The notes: a model not told the origin generated them from the sequence alone. A DNA stretch of 64,000 nucleotides from an uncultured Cytophagia bacterium (GCA_964472785.1 CAYYMH010000004.1:66995-130994), one strand, 5' to 3'; numbered from the stretch's first letter, positions 37,990 through 48,479 are shown. Program-made: numbers and translations.

Positions 37990-39153
37990 CTATTTATTAT
38001 ACAAGGGTGACATCTGTCGTAACCGCTCCACGATCGAGGGCAGTTTTTCTATCAGCAATTGCACATCCTGCTCGCTGTTGTCAATTCCCAAAGTGAATAA
38101 AATCGTGCCGTTGGCAATCTCGTGAGATTCACCAATCGCTAATAAAACGTGTGAAGCCTTTAAAGCTTTTGACGTGCACGCCGAACCACTGGAGGCAACG
38201 ATGTTGTCTGTGCCTAAAAATAATAAAATCGACTCCCCTTCGATATATCGAAAGCCAAAATTCACATTATTGGGCAGTCGCTGCTCGCGATGGCCGTGTA
38301 AAAAAACTTCTTCAATTTTCTCTTCGATGCCATCAATCAATAAATCACGCAATGATTTGACCTGGTCGATTCTTTTGTCCATATCTCGTTGCGCCAACTC
38401 CGCTGCCTTGCCCATTCCAACGATTCCCATCACATTTTCAGTTCCAGCTCTCCGCCCGTTTTCCTGAATGCCGCCATGAATTAGCGGATGAATTCTCGTT
38501 CCTTTTCGGACGTACAATCCGGCGACACCTTTGGGTCCGTAAAAATTGTGACTGCCGAAACTAATCAGGTCGGCATTGAGCTTGTCCACATCAACCGGGA
38601 CAGTCCCGACTGTTTGAATGCCGTCGGAATGAAAAAGCACATCTTTTTCTTTCACCATCCGACTGATCTCTTCAAGCGGCTCAATGGTACCGATTTCATG
38701 ATTAGCGTGCATGATTGACACGAGAATGGTTGTATCGGTGATTGCTTTTTTAACATCATCCGGATCGATCAGTCCGTTTTTATCGACCGGCACTTCGGTG
38801 ACTTCAAAGCCTAATTTTTGTAAATATTGGGCTGTTTGAAGAACGGAAAAATGTTCAATCGCCGAGACAACGATGTGATTTCCTTTTTTCTGATTGGCAA
38901 ACGCAGCGCCCTTAATAGCAAAATTGTTGGACTCGCTGCCCGATGCGGTGAAAATGATTTCTGTGGGTGAAGCATTGATCAGCGTTGCCACATGTTCTCT
39001 GGCTTGTTCAACCGCCTGCTTTGCCTGCTTACCCTGCTCATTCATGCTGGATGGATTCCCGAAAATGTCTGATAAAAATGGTTTCATGCTTTCCACAACT
39101 TCAGGCAATGGCTGGGTCGCAGCCACATGATCAAAATTTATTAACTTACTCAT
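37990..39153 (-). CDS. iscS: IscS/NifS-like cysteine desulfurase homolog (PLP Lys replaced by Asn)
   Basis: SSGSAC loop and RAGTEN motif present, but SHNFYGPKG instead of xHKxxGPKG. Confidence 0.88.
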   Translation of the reverse strand: MSKLINFDHVAATQPLPEVVESMKPFLSDIFGNPSSMNEQGKQAKQAVEQAREHVATLINASPTEIIFTASGSESNNFAIKGAAFANQKKGNHIVVSAIEHFSVLQTAQYLQKLGFEVTEVPVDKNGLIDPDDVKKAITDTTILVSIMHANHEIGTIEPLEEISRMVKEKDVLFHSDGIQTVGTVPVDVDKLNADLISFGSHNFYGPKGVAGLYVRKGTRIHPLIHGGIQENGRRAGTENVMGIVGMGKAAELAQRDMDKRIDQVKSLRDLLIDGIEEKIEEVFLHGHREQRLPNNVNFGFRYIEGESILLFLGTDNIVASSGSACTSKALKASHVLLAIGESHEIANGTILFTLGIDNSEQDVQLLIEKLPSIVERLRQMSPLYNK

Positions 39154-39154
39154 C

Positions 39155-39874
39155 TTAACCTCGATTTGCGTTTATTTCTTTTTGGATAAATGTGATGTCA
39201 CGAAGCGGGCGGCAATCTTTCGGACACACTTTCACACAGACAGCATGTTTGTCGCAGGCAAATACCCCGTTTTCTTTGTTGCTAAAATCGATGCGTTCAT
39301 CCGTATTCTTATCCCGCGGATCAAATAAATGCCGATAAATCTGAACGGATGTCGCCGGTCCGATGAATTCCGGCATTTCAGCCATCTTGGGACAGTCGGA
39401 AACGCAGCAGGCGCATTTGATGCAGTCCGCGGAACGGCTGAGCTGATCGTACAAATTTTTATCTAAATTTTCCTGATAATTCATGCGCTCATCCGGCACC
39501 TCTTTTTCCCGAACCAGCCAGGGCATCGTTGATTTGATCTCGCTCCAAAATGGTCGCTTGTCCACTACCAGATCCTTTATCACGCCCATTGTTGAAAGTG
39601 GCTCTAAAGTAATCGTATCGGATTCTTTCAATAATTCGCCCACCTGGGTTTTACATGCCAGTCGCGCGGTTCCGTTAATCCGAATCGCGCAGGTTCCGCA
39701 GATTGCGCCACGACAGGAATAGCGATACGCCAGCGTCCCATCCTGTTCTTCGTGAACCTGATGCAGCACTTCCAGCACAGACATACCGGGTTCATTCCTC
39801 ACCGAATACTCAACCAGACGACCCGATTCTTCTTTTTCCGGATTAAAGCGAAAAATTTTGACCAGAATGTCCAT
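39155..39874 (-). CDS. sdhB: Succinate dehydrogenase/fumarate reductase iron-sulfur subunit
   Basis: SCRGAICGTC...C, CIKCACCVSDCP and CDKHAVCVKVCP motifs. Confidence 0.92.
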   Translation of the reverse strand: MDILVKIFRFNPEKEESGRLVEYSVRNEPGMSVLEVLHQVHEEQDGTLAYRYSCRGAICGTCAIRINGTARLACKTQVGELLKESDTITLEPLSTMGVIKDLVVDKRPFWSEIKSTMPWLVREKEVPDERMNYQENLDKNLYDQLSRSADCIKCACCVSDCPKMAEMPEFIGPATSVQIYRHLFDPRDKNTDERIDFSNKENGVFACDKHAVCVKVCPKDCRPLRDITFIQKEINANRG

Positions 39875-39975
39875 TCAATCTTATTCCTATTTTTTTATTA
39901 TTCAGTTCGCTCTCTATTGCTAAATTTAATTCTCTGTTTTCTCTGTGCCTCGGTTGCATAATACAATTACCAACC

Positions 39976-41673
39976 TCAATAACGTATCTCGTCTAACGGT
40001 TCAATATCCTCGATCACCACATCTTTGTAACTTAATTCAGGTTCCCCTTTTTGATTTTTCTTCATGAGCGTATGTTTCAAAAATTGCTGATTATCCATTT
40101 CCGGATAATCCTCCCGAAAATGTGCGCCCCTGCTTTCTTTTCTGGCAATTGCTCCCTCCGCCACAATCCTCGCCAAATCCAGCATGTCGCCTAACTCAAG
40201 CGCACGAAGTAGATTAAGATTATAAATACTGCCTTTATCACGAACGCTTACATTTTGATACCTCTCTTGCAACTGTGTGATTTTCGCCAAACCTTCTCGC
40301 ATCAAAGTTTGATTACGGAAAATACCAAAGCCTTTGATCATCGCCTGTTCCATTTCAGCGCGGAGCGAAGCAACTTGTTCACCGCGCTCCCGATCCAACA
40401 ATGCCTTTATCCGCTGATCTTCATTTTTCAGACTCGTTTTTGAGTAATTCTGCAAATCATTTTCCACAGCAAAGTTGAGCGCTTCCCTGCCGGCGTGCAA
40501 ACCGAAAACCACGGTTTCCAGCAAAGAATTTCCACCCAGACGATTTGCACCGTGAACACTGACACAACTGCATTCACCGGCTGCAAATATCCCCGGAACG
40601 ATAGTTTGAGTTTTCACATTCACATCAATCCCTCCCATCGTATAATGTACTGTCGGTCGGATCGGAATCGGTTCTTTCACCGGATCAACGCCGGCAAAAT
40701 GGATGGCAATTTCCCGAATCTGGGGTAGCCGGTTTTTGATTTTTTCCTCACCAAGATGACGCAGGTCGAGATGCACATATTTATCGTTAATGCCTCTGCC
40801 CTGCTGAATCTCCAAATGGATGGAACGTGCGACAAAATCTCTCGGAGCCAATTCCATAAATTTAGGAGCATACTTTTCCATAAAACGCTCGCCATTCGCA
40901 TTAATCAAATAACCGCCTTCACCGCGGGCGCCTTCAGTAATCAAAATGCCGTTCAGCAAACCAGTGGGATGAATTTGAAAAAATTCGAAATCCTTGATCG
41001 AAATTCCGGCATGATAAGCCAATGCCATCCCGTCTCCCGTATTAATCAGTGCATTTGAACTTTGACCATAAATCCGACCGGCACCACCGGTGGCCAATAC
41101 TAACGCTTTTCCCCGGATAAAATGAAATTCACCGTTCACAAAATCGTAAACAACCACTCCCTTAAATTTTCCATCTTCCACGATCAGTGTGGTGACAAAG
41201 TGCTCCCAGAGCATGGGGATATTTTGTTTCATTGCCTGTTCGTAAAGCGTGTGCAACAAATTGTGTCCGGTCTTGTCTGCTACAAAACAGGTTCTGTTGC
41301 GGCTCTGTCCCCCGAAAGCCCGTTGCGCAATCGTGCCATCTTCATTTCGATTAAAAAGTGCGCCGTATTTATCGAGTCGGGCAATTGCATCTTTCGCTTC
41401 GCTGCACAGGACTCTCGCTGCATCCTGATCCGCTAAAAACCAGGAACCTTTGACAGTGTCGTACTGATGCCCTTTCCAGCTATCATCAAACCGAATTGCC
41501 GCATTAATACCACCCTGAGCAGCACCGGAATGTGAACGTACCGGATGTACTTTAGAGATAAGGGCAATTTTGACAGATTTATCGCGTTCACGTGCTTCAA
41601 GCGCTGCGCTCAAACCCGCAAGTCCGGCACCAACAATAAGAATATCGTAAGCATGGTCTTCTGATATGTGCAT
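39976..41673 (-). CDS. sdhA: Succinate dehydrogenase/fumarate reductase flavoprotein
   Basis: [35 protein letters not shown] and [11 protein letters not shown] motifs. Confidence 0.94.
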   Translation of the reverse strand: MHISEDHAYDILIVGAGLAGLSAALEARERDKSVKIALISKVHPVRSHSGAAQGGINAAIRFDDSWKGHQYDTVKGSWFLADQDAARVLCSEAKDAIARLDKYGALFNRNEDGTIAQRAFGGQSRNRTCFVADKTGHNLLHTLYEQAMKQNIPMLWEHFVTTLIVEDGKFKGVVVYDFVNGEFHFIRGKALVLATGGAGRIYGQSSNALINTGDGMALAYHAGISIKDFEFFQIHPTGLLNGILITEGARGEGGYLINANGERFMEKYAPKFMELAPRDFVARSIHLEIQQGRGINDKYVHLDLRHLGEEKIKNRLPQIREIAIHFAGVDPVKEPIPIRPTVHYTMGGIDVNVKTQTIVPGIFAAGECSCVSVHGANRLGGNSLLETVVFGLHAGREALNFAVENDLQNYSKTSLKNEDQRIKALLDRERGEQVASLRAEMEQAMIKGFGIFRNQTLMREGLAKITQLQERYQNVSVRDKGSIYNLNLLRALELGDMLDLARIVAEGAIARKESRGAHFREDYPEMDNQQFLKHTLMKKNQKGEPELSYKDVVIEDIEPLDEIRY

Positions 41674-41733
41674 TTATTTTAGCTCCGAAAATTTCGCTTT
41701 TTTTTAACTTCCGACGGAGATTTTGAATTGACC

Positions 41734-41955
41734 TTAAACTGCCTGAACATCTGTGACTTCGGGAACCATCTCCTGGAGATTTTTTTTGATCCCGTGTTGC
41801 AAAGTCATTTGGGACATGGGACATCCGAAACATGCTCCCTCAAGTCTGACCTTGACGACACCATTGTCATCAACTGAGATTAGTTTTACATCTCCGCCGT
41901 CCGCCTGTAATGATGGCCTGATTTTTTCCAATGCTTTTTCGATTTTTTCTCTCAT
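41734..41955 (-). CDS. NifU C-terminal domain (Nfu) protein
   Basis: IRPSLQADGGDV...GACFGCPMSQMTL. Confidence 0.92.
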   Translation of the reverse strand: MREKIEKALEKIRPSLQADGGDVKLISVDDNGVVKVRLEGACFGCPMSQMTLQHGIKKNLQEMVPEVTDVQAV

Positions 41956-42012
41956 GATACTTCCTCTAATTTGTAGTTACATTCGAATTTGTAATTGTTA
42001 CAATCTGTAACT

Positions 42013-42041
42013 AATATAACATTATATTGAAACAAAGTCAA
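42013..42041 (-). promoter_or_regulatory. Sigma70-type promoter for the nfu-sdhAB-isc run
   Basis: Minus strand TTGACT-17 nt-TATATT with an extended -10 TG; overlaps the palindrome AATATAA-CA-TTATATT. Confidence 0.6.
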
Positions 42042-42192
42042 GGAGTTTTTAAAATTTTCATTCGCCTTAATTAAAAAATTTTATTGACATTAATAGTAAA
42101 ACTTGTAAATTATGCATATACAAATTAACTTGAATTAAAAAAGCTAAGCGCATTTTATCTCATCCTTTTAAAATAATTGCGGAGAACTTCCA

Positions 42193-43809
42193 GTGAAAAT
42201 TAAATTGATCACATTTTTTGTTTTATTGGTAATCCTTTTCCACTGCGCCGTAACTCCTCCTCCCGTTGAGGAACGTCCGCCAATAATCCCTGAAAAGATG
42301 CCAGAAGTTCGCATTGGGATGTCTGAAAAGCTGGACTTTCTGAATTTTGAATCAAATGGTAAAATTGAAATTTTCCAGGATGCCAAACCAATCGCACAAA
42401 CAGTCCTTTGGAATAAAAAGTGGCGCGTGGAAATTCGTAACGCCCAACCAGCTAACATTACTTATCGGCTGCAATACAAAGAATTTGATACTGAGTTTGA
42501 AGCTCGCCAAATTCGGGATAAATATTTTGCTCTCGGATTGCCGGTTATAGTGGAACAATTTAAGAAAAGAAAATTTCAAGACGGAGAAATCAAATTCGTG
42601 AATACTTTTCCTGTTTTGTTAAAACCTGAATTTGAAACGGCGGATCAGGCTTATCAATATCAATGGACAATTCGGGACAAAATAACAGCGGTGGCGCTGC
42701 CTTTTATTAAAACGCCGCAGCAGGGCGAGGTTGTATTGAAAAATGTGGAATCCGGGAAATCGATCAGCCAAAATTTAAGAATGGTCATCCGCGGGGATCA
42801 ATTTACGATCAAATTACCTGCTGCAGAAGGTTTCCATTTTGAAAGCGAGCTGGTCCGAACCTATCGTAATCAAATCGAATTTATTATTGATCGCTTTGGC
42901 AAACTCACTATCGTTAATGTACTGCCAATTGAAACTTATCTGATGGGCGTCGTCGGATCGGAAATGCAAGAAAAATTTCCGCTCGAATCACTCAAAGCAC
43001 AGGCTGTCACCGCTCGAGGATACACGCTCGCCCGCATCGGAAAGCAGCACCGGCTTTCACCATTTGATCTTTGCGACGAGGTTCATTGTCACGTTTATGG
43101 CGGAATTGATCGTGAATCACCCAAAGTCACCAAAGCCGTCATGGAAACAAGTGGCAGAGTACTTCTTTACAAAGATAAAATATGCGATACATTTTATGCT
43201 GGCGTCTGTGGCGGACACACGGAAAATAACGAGAATGTTTGGGAAGGAGAACCCCAGGCTTATCTCACGGGCAAACTGGATGCAAAGTTAAATAACCTTC
43301 CCGATGGTTTCCTTCAAAATGAAGAGAATGTCCGGCTTTGGATTGAGAATAAGCCCGAGGTATTTTGTAACACACAAGACAAAGATGTTCCGGATTATTT
43401 GGAATACACTAAAAAATATTTTCGTTGGCAAGTTCGCTACACTCAATCCGAATTAAGCCAAATTATTCGCCAGAAAACCGGTCAAAATATTGGTACATTG
43501 ATCGAGATCATCCCGGTTTTGCGAGGCGTGTCCGGCAGGTTAGTTGAAGTCAAACTACACGGTACAAATAAAACAATCTCGATTGAGAAAGAATTAGAAA
43601 TCCGAAAAGCCCTCTCGGAAAATTATTTGTACAGCGCCTGTTTTGTTGTTGACAGAGACAGAAGTGACTTCATCTTAAAAGGAGCCGGCTGGGGACACGG
43701 CGTTGGTATGTGTCAAACCGGAGCCGCAATGATGGCACTGAAGGATTATAATTATCAGCAAATTTTAAAACACTATTATTCCGCAGCAGACATTGTCAAA
43801 TTGTATTAG
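42193..43809 (+). CDS. SpoIID/LytB domain lipoprotein (lytic transglycosylase)
   Basis: Lipobox ILFHC; ETYLMGVVGSEM, LKAQAVTAR, CDEVHCHVYGG, GWGHGVGMCQ and ILKHYY motifs. Confidence 0.9.
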   Translation: MKIKLITFFVLLVILFHCAVTPPPVEERPPIIPEKMPEVRIGMSEKLDFLNFESNGKIEIFQDAKPIAQTVLWNKKWRVEIRNAQPANITYRLQYKEFDTEFEARQIRDKYFALGLPVIVEQFKKRKFQDGEIKFVNTFPVLLKPEFETADQAYQYQWTIRDKITAVALPFIKTPQQGEVVLKNVESGKSISQNLRMVIRGDQFTIKLPAAEGFHFESELVRTYRNQIEFIIDRFGKLTIVNVLPIETYLMGVVGSEMQEKFPLESLKAQAVTARGYTLARIGKQHRLSPFDLCDEVHCHVYGGIDRESPKVTKAVMETSGRVLLYKDKICDTFYAGVCGGHTENNENVWEGEPQAYLTGKLDAKLNNLPDGFLQNEENVRLWIENKPEVFCNTQDKDVPDYLEYTKKYFRWQVRYTQSELSQIIRQKTGQNIGTLIEIIPVLRGVSGRLVEVKLHGTNKTISIEKELEIRKALSENYLYSACFVVDRDRSDFILKGAGWGHGVGMCQTGAAMMALKDYNYQQILKHYYSAADIVKLY

Positions 43810-43816
43810 TAAATCC

Positions 43817-44716
43817 GTGAACGTAATATTTCTTTTTATTGATGGCGTTGGAATTGGTCAACGGAACAGAAAGACAAACCCATTCGCCGATCAACAGATC
43901 AGCATTTTCAACCATTTTTTGTCAGATCAATTTCCGAAAAAAGTTAGATTTGATGGACTGGTAAAATCCATCACAGCCGATCTGGGTTTGGAGGGACTTC
44001 CGCAAAGTGCAACAGGTCAAACCGCGTTGTTCACCGGCAAAAATGCAGCAGAAATTTTGGGCTACCATAAGAGTGGTTTTCCGAATGAAACTTTGAGATC
44101 ACTGTTAGAAAAATTTTCGATTTTTGCACGGTTAAACTCAGCTGGGAAGAAATCCTGTTTCATAAATGCCTACCGTCCAATATTTTTCGAAAAGGGGCCG
44201 GAAAAATTAATCCGCTACCTTTCCGTTACGAGCATCATGAACTGGAAAGCCGGATTCACATTTTTCGATTTTGAAGATTTAAATAATAAACGTTCAATTT
44301 ATCATGATTTCACAAACAGAGAATTACAAAAAAAGGGATTTGAGATACAGGAATTTTCGTCTGAGATTGCTGGTAAAATTTTAGCGGTAACCAGCTCAAA
44401 ATTCGACCTTAGTCTCTACGAATATTTTTTAACAGACCGAGCGGGTCACGCGCAAAAACTCGAACAAGCGGTGAATCTAATAATTGAATTGGAACGCTTT
44501 ATTTTTACTGTTTTAAAAAACATTAATTTGTCCAAAACTTTGTTAATTCTCACCAGCGATCACGGGAATATCGAGGATTTATCCAGAAGGACGCATACAA
44601 GGAATCCTGTACCGATAATCTGTTGGGGGTGTCACAAAGAACAATTTCTAAAATCGACATCCTCAATTCTGGACGTCACGCCCACGCTGGTCAAACTTTT
44701 TACTGAAGAAATGTAA
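43817..44716 (+). CDS. Metalloenzyme (alkaline phosphatase superfamily; phosphoglycerate mutase/phosphopentomutase-like)
   Basis: FIDGVG, PQSATGQT, TDRAGH, TSDHGNIED and HTRNPVP motifs; likely GTG start at 43817. Confidence 0.82.
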   Translation: MNVIFLFIDGVGIGQRNRKTNPFADQQISIFNHFLSDQFPKKVRFDGLVKSITADLGLEGLPQSATGQTALFTGKNAAEILGYHKSGFPNETLRSLLEKFSIFARLNSAGKKSCFINAYRPIFFEKGPEKLIRYLSVTSIMNWKAGFTFFDFEDLNNKRSIYHDFTNRELQKKGFEIQEFSSEIAGKILAVTSSKFDLSLYEYFLTDRAGHAQKLEQAVNLIIELERFIFTVLKNINLSKTLLILTSDHGNIEDLSRRTHTRNPVPIICWGCHKEQFLKSTSSILDVTPTLVKLFTEEM

Positions 44717-44847
44717 CAAACTTCGGAGTTTTTAATTTTCAATGGTAAATTTTCAATCGGAACAAACAATGGGAACTACTAAATTAAGCGGTCGTAAAAT
44801 CATTTCAATTTTACTCAAATAAAATAATCAATAACCGATTCAAATAA

Positions 44848-47676
44848 ATGAGCGAACAGAAAAATATCTTTATTAAAGGCGCCCGGGAACATAATCTGAA
44901 AAATATCGATGTGGAAATACCGCGGGATAAATTCGTTGTCATCACCGGGCTTTCCGGGTCGGGAAAATCGTCTCTGGCATTTGACACGATTTATGCGGAA
45001 GGGCAAAGGCGCTACGTGGAATCGCTATCTGCTTATGCCCGCCAATTTCTCGGATTGATGGAAAAACCGGATGTCGATTACATCGAAGGACTCTCTCCTG
45101 CCATCTCAATTGAACAGCGATCTGCAAGCAAAAATCCGAGATCAACGGTCGGCACCGTTACCGAGATTTACGACTACTTGAGATTGCTATTTGCCCGCAT
45201 CGGGAAACCGTATTGCTATAATTGCGGAAAACCGATCCAGCGACAGACTGTGCAGCAGATTGTGGATCAGGTGATGGATTTACCAAAATCCACTAAGATT
45301 CAGGTACTGGCTCCGGTGGTTCGCGGCAGAAAAGGTGAGTACCGGGAAATTTTTGAGGAAGCCAGCAGAGACGGGTTCGTTCGCGTTCGTGTTGACGGCG
45401 AAATGCACGATCTTGAAGAAGAGATAAAGCTGGATAAATACAAAAAACACAACATCGAAATTATCGTCGACCGATTGGTGATCGAACCGGATATCAGCGG
45501 AAGACTCACAGAATCGGTCGAAACTGCGCTACATCTGGCTTCAGGCATTGTACTGATTCATCAGCTCGATGGCGAGGAATTATTTTTCAGTGAACATTTT
45601 GCCTGCATCGATTGCGGTATTTCATATGAGGAATTAGCGCCCCGGATGTTTTCGTTTAACAGCCCATACGGCGCATGTCCGACATGCAATGGATTGGGCA
45701 CAATCACTGAAATCGATCCTAACCTGATCATTCCGGACAAAACAAAATCCGTCAATGAGGGCGCGATCAAACCGTGGGGAGAAGCCCGGGAAGGTTGGTA
45801 CTTCAGTCAGTTGGCGTCGCTGGCGAAAAAGTACGGATTTGAAATGGACACTCCGTTTGACTCGCTTTCGTCGGAGCATCAGCACACTATTTTGTATGGC
45901 AGTAAAGGTGAAGAAGTGCACATGGTTTACAGTCGAAATAACGGGAAAGCTCATGCTGAATTTACCACCGAATATGAAGGTGTCATCCCAAATCTGCAGC
46001 GGCGCTATCACCAAACCAGTTCAAATTATATTCGAAACTGGATTGAAAGTTTTATGAACGTCAAAAAATGTGCTGATTGCGGCGGTTCCCGTTTGAAAAG
46101 AGAGTCAATGGCTGTGAGAATCGGTGACTTCAACATTCACCAAATCACCCAACTGTCCGTAAAAAAGACAGCGGATTTCTTTTCAAAAATAAAGTTAAAT
46201 AAGAGACAAGAGCAAATCGCTCATCAAATCTTGAAAGAGATCAATGCCCGGTTACATTTTTTGATTAATGTCGGATTGGATTACCTGACCCTGGAACGAA
46301 GTGCTGGCACGCTTTCCGGCGGCGAAGCGCAGCGCATTCGATTAGCAACCCAAATCGGGTCTCAATTAATGGGTGTACTTTATATTTTGGATGAGCCCTC
46401 GATTGGACTGCATCAGCGGGATAACAAAAAGCTTATCCAGACGCTTCACGAGCTGCGCGATTTGGGAAATACAGTCATCGTCGTCGAGCACGATCAAGAG
46501 ACCATTGAAAGCGCGGACTACGTGGTTGACTTGGGTCCTCATGCTGGCGAAAATGGTGGCAAAATTGTCGCTGTAGGCACACCTCAAATTATCAAGGAAC
46601 ATAATAAATCGATAACCGGCCAATATCTCTCCGGGACAAAAAGTATCCCCATTCCGGAAACTCGTCGAAAACAAAACAACCGAAATCTGGAAATCTTCGG
46701 TGCGGCGGGAAATAACCTGAAATCGCTTAATGTAAAAATTCCATTAGGGATATTTATCTGTGTGACCGGCGTATCCGGTTCTGGAAAAAGCACGCTCATT
46801 AATGAAACGTTGTACCCCATTCTGTTAAGAAAATTCTATCAGGGGAAAAAGAATCCGCTTCAGTACGACAAACTTATGGGATTTGAATTTATCGACAAAG
46901 TGATCGATATTGACCAGTCCCCGATTGGCCGGACGCCACGTTCCAATCCGGCGACTTACACTGGTGTATTCACCTATATTCGCGATCTGTTCGCTCAATT
47001 ACCCGAAGCAAAAATTCGCGGCTACAAACCCGGACGTTTCAGCTTTAACGTCAAAGGGGGTCGTTGCGAAGCCTGTCAGGGCGACGGGATCATCAAAATC
47101 GAAATGCACTTTTTGCCAGACATTTACGTGACCTGTGAAGTCTGCAAAGGAAAACGGTACAACCGGGAAACACTCGAAATCAAATACCGCGGAAAATCCA
47201 TCGCTGACATTCTCGATATGTCCGTAGCACAGGCCATGGAATTCTTCAAAAAAATCCCCAAAATTCATCGCAAATTAAAAACATTGTCGGACGTCGGACT
47301 GGGCTACATTCGATTAGGTCAGCAGGCGACAACGCTTTCCGGCGGAGAGGCACAGCGTGTTAAACTTGCTACCGAGCTATCAAAAATCAGCACCGGAAAG
47401 ACGGTTTATATTCTGGACGAACCCACAACCGGACTGCACTTTGAAGACATTAAACTGCTACTCAACGTTCTCAACCGTCTTGTCGAAAAGGGAAACACAG
47501 TGATCGTTATCGAACACAATCTGGATGTGATCAAAACCGCAGATTACATTATTGATCTGGGTCCGGAAGGCGGAGACGACGGTGGCAGGATTGTTGCAAC
47601 CGGTACACCGGAACAGATTGCCAAAGAACGTTCCTCATACACGGGTCAATTTTTAAGTAGCATTTTATCGCTGTGA
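44848..47676 (+). CDS. uvrA: Excinuclease ABC subunit A
   Basis: Two ABC cassettes ([26 protein letters not shown] x2) and zinc fingers. Confidence 0.98.
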   Translation: MSEQKNIFIKGAREHNLKNIDVEIPRDKFVVITGLSGSGKSSLAFDTIYAEGQRRYVESLSAYARQFLGLMEKPDVDYIEGLSPAISIEQRSASKNPRSTVGTVTEIYDYLRLLFARIGKPYCYNCGKPIQRQTVQQIVDQVMDLPKSTKIQVLAPVVRGRKGEYREIFEEASRDGFVRVRVDGEMHDLEEEIKLDKYKKHNIEIIVDRLVIEPDISGRLTESVETALHLASGIVLIHQLDGEELFFSEHFACIDCGISYEELAPRMFSFNSPYGACPTCNGLGTITEIDPNLIIPDKTKSVNEGAIKPWGEAREGWYFSQLASLAKKYGFEMDTPFDSLSSEHQHTILYGSKGEEVHMVYSRNNGKAHAEFTTEYEGVIPNLQRRYHQTSSNYIRNWIESFMNVKKCADCGGSRLKRESMAVRIGDFNIHQITQLSVKKTADFFSKIKLNKRQEQIAHQILKEINARLHFLINVGLDYLTLERSAGTLSGGEAQRIRLATQIGSQLMGVLYILDEPSIGLHQRDNKKLIQTLHELRDLGNTVIVVEHDQETIESADYVVDLGPHAGENGGKIVAVGTPQIIKEHNKSITGQYLSGTKSIPIPETRRKQNNRNLEIFGAAGNNLKSLNVKIPLGIFICVTGVSGSGKSTLINETLYPILLRKFYQGKKNPLQYDKLMGFEFIDKVIDIDQSPIGRTPRSNPATYTGVFTYIRDLFAQLPEAKIRGYKPGRFSFNVKGGRCEACQGDGIIKIEMHFLPDIYVTCEVCKGKRYNRETLEIKYRGKSIADILDMSVAQAMEFFKKIPKIHRKLKTLSDVGLGYIRLGQQATTLSGGEAQRVKLATELSKISTGKTVYILDEPTTGLHFEDIKLLLNVLNRLVEKGNTVIVIEHNLDVIKTADYIIDLGPEGGDDGGRIVATGTPEQIAKERSSYTGQFLSSILSL

Positions 47677-47761
47677 CATTCTGTTTTTCACAGCGATAAT
47701 AAATTCGGGGCGTTCTTTCAAGAAAATCAAGCAAATACAAATTATTTTTTATAATAATTGC

Positions 47762-47790
47762 TTGACTTTTTAAATAAATTTTGTTATTAT
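47762..47790 (+). promoter_or_regulatory. Sigma70-type promoter
   Basis: TTGACT-17 nt-TATTAT with an extended -10 TG, upstream of the rsbW-like gene. Confidence 0.55.
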
Positions 47791-47938
47791 TATTTTGTAT
47801 TGCGGGTGTTTTTAATCTTTACATGAAATACACAACTCCTTGGGTCTAATTCTCGGAATTGCTTCTGTATTTGGTTAATTTTGAGGGTTGATAGATTTTA
47901 TCTAATTATATAAATTAGCATAAGATAGGAAGCAATAC

Positions 47939-48436
47939 GTGATGTTAGATCTCTTCACCCCTAAAATCGTTGTGCCCGCAAAATCCGATTATCTGCCTGT
48001 ACTCAGAAACTTCGTTTCACAGATCGGTAAAAAATATCGATTCACCAAGCATGAGATCAATGCCTTTAAAATTTCCATCGATGAAGCCTGCACTAATATC
48101 ATTAAACATGGATATAAAGAAAAAAACAACGGATCGATTACCCTAAAAGTGCGCATTAAAAATGACCGGTTGATTTTAGAGCTGATCGATCACGGAAAAA
48201 GTTTTGATCCTAACACGATCCACGATCCTAATATTTCAAGCTATGTTCAAAATGGGAAAAAAGGCGGCTTGGGAATTTTTATTATGCGGAAATTTTTGGA
48301 TGCCATCGAGTACGAGGTTTCAAGCTTGGGCAATATTCTCCGTCTCACAAAACTAAGACAAGTCAGATCAGCAGAGCCAGTATTTCCAATTTTATCAGCA
48401 CTGCGAAGAATGAAAGAGCGGATATTCCAAACGTGA
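47939..48436 (+). CDS. Anti-sigma factor/Ser kinase (RsbW/SpoIIAB-like HATPase_c)
   Basis: DEACTNIIKHGY, DHGKSFDP and GGLGIFIMRKFLD motifs. Confidence 0.88.
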   Translation: MMLDLFTPKIVVPAKSDYLPVLRNFVSQIGKKYRFTKHEINAFKISIDEACTNIIKHGYKEKNNGSITLKVRIKNDRLILELIDHGKSFDPNTIHDPNISSYVQNGKKGGLGIFIMRKFLDAIEYEVSSLGNILRLTKLRQVRSAEPVFPILSALRRMKERIFQT

Positions 48437-48479
48437 ATTCATAAAACAGGTTAATGGCCGCTCAAGTTTTTGATTAATT

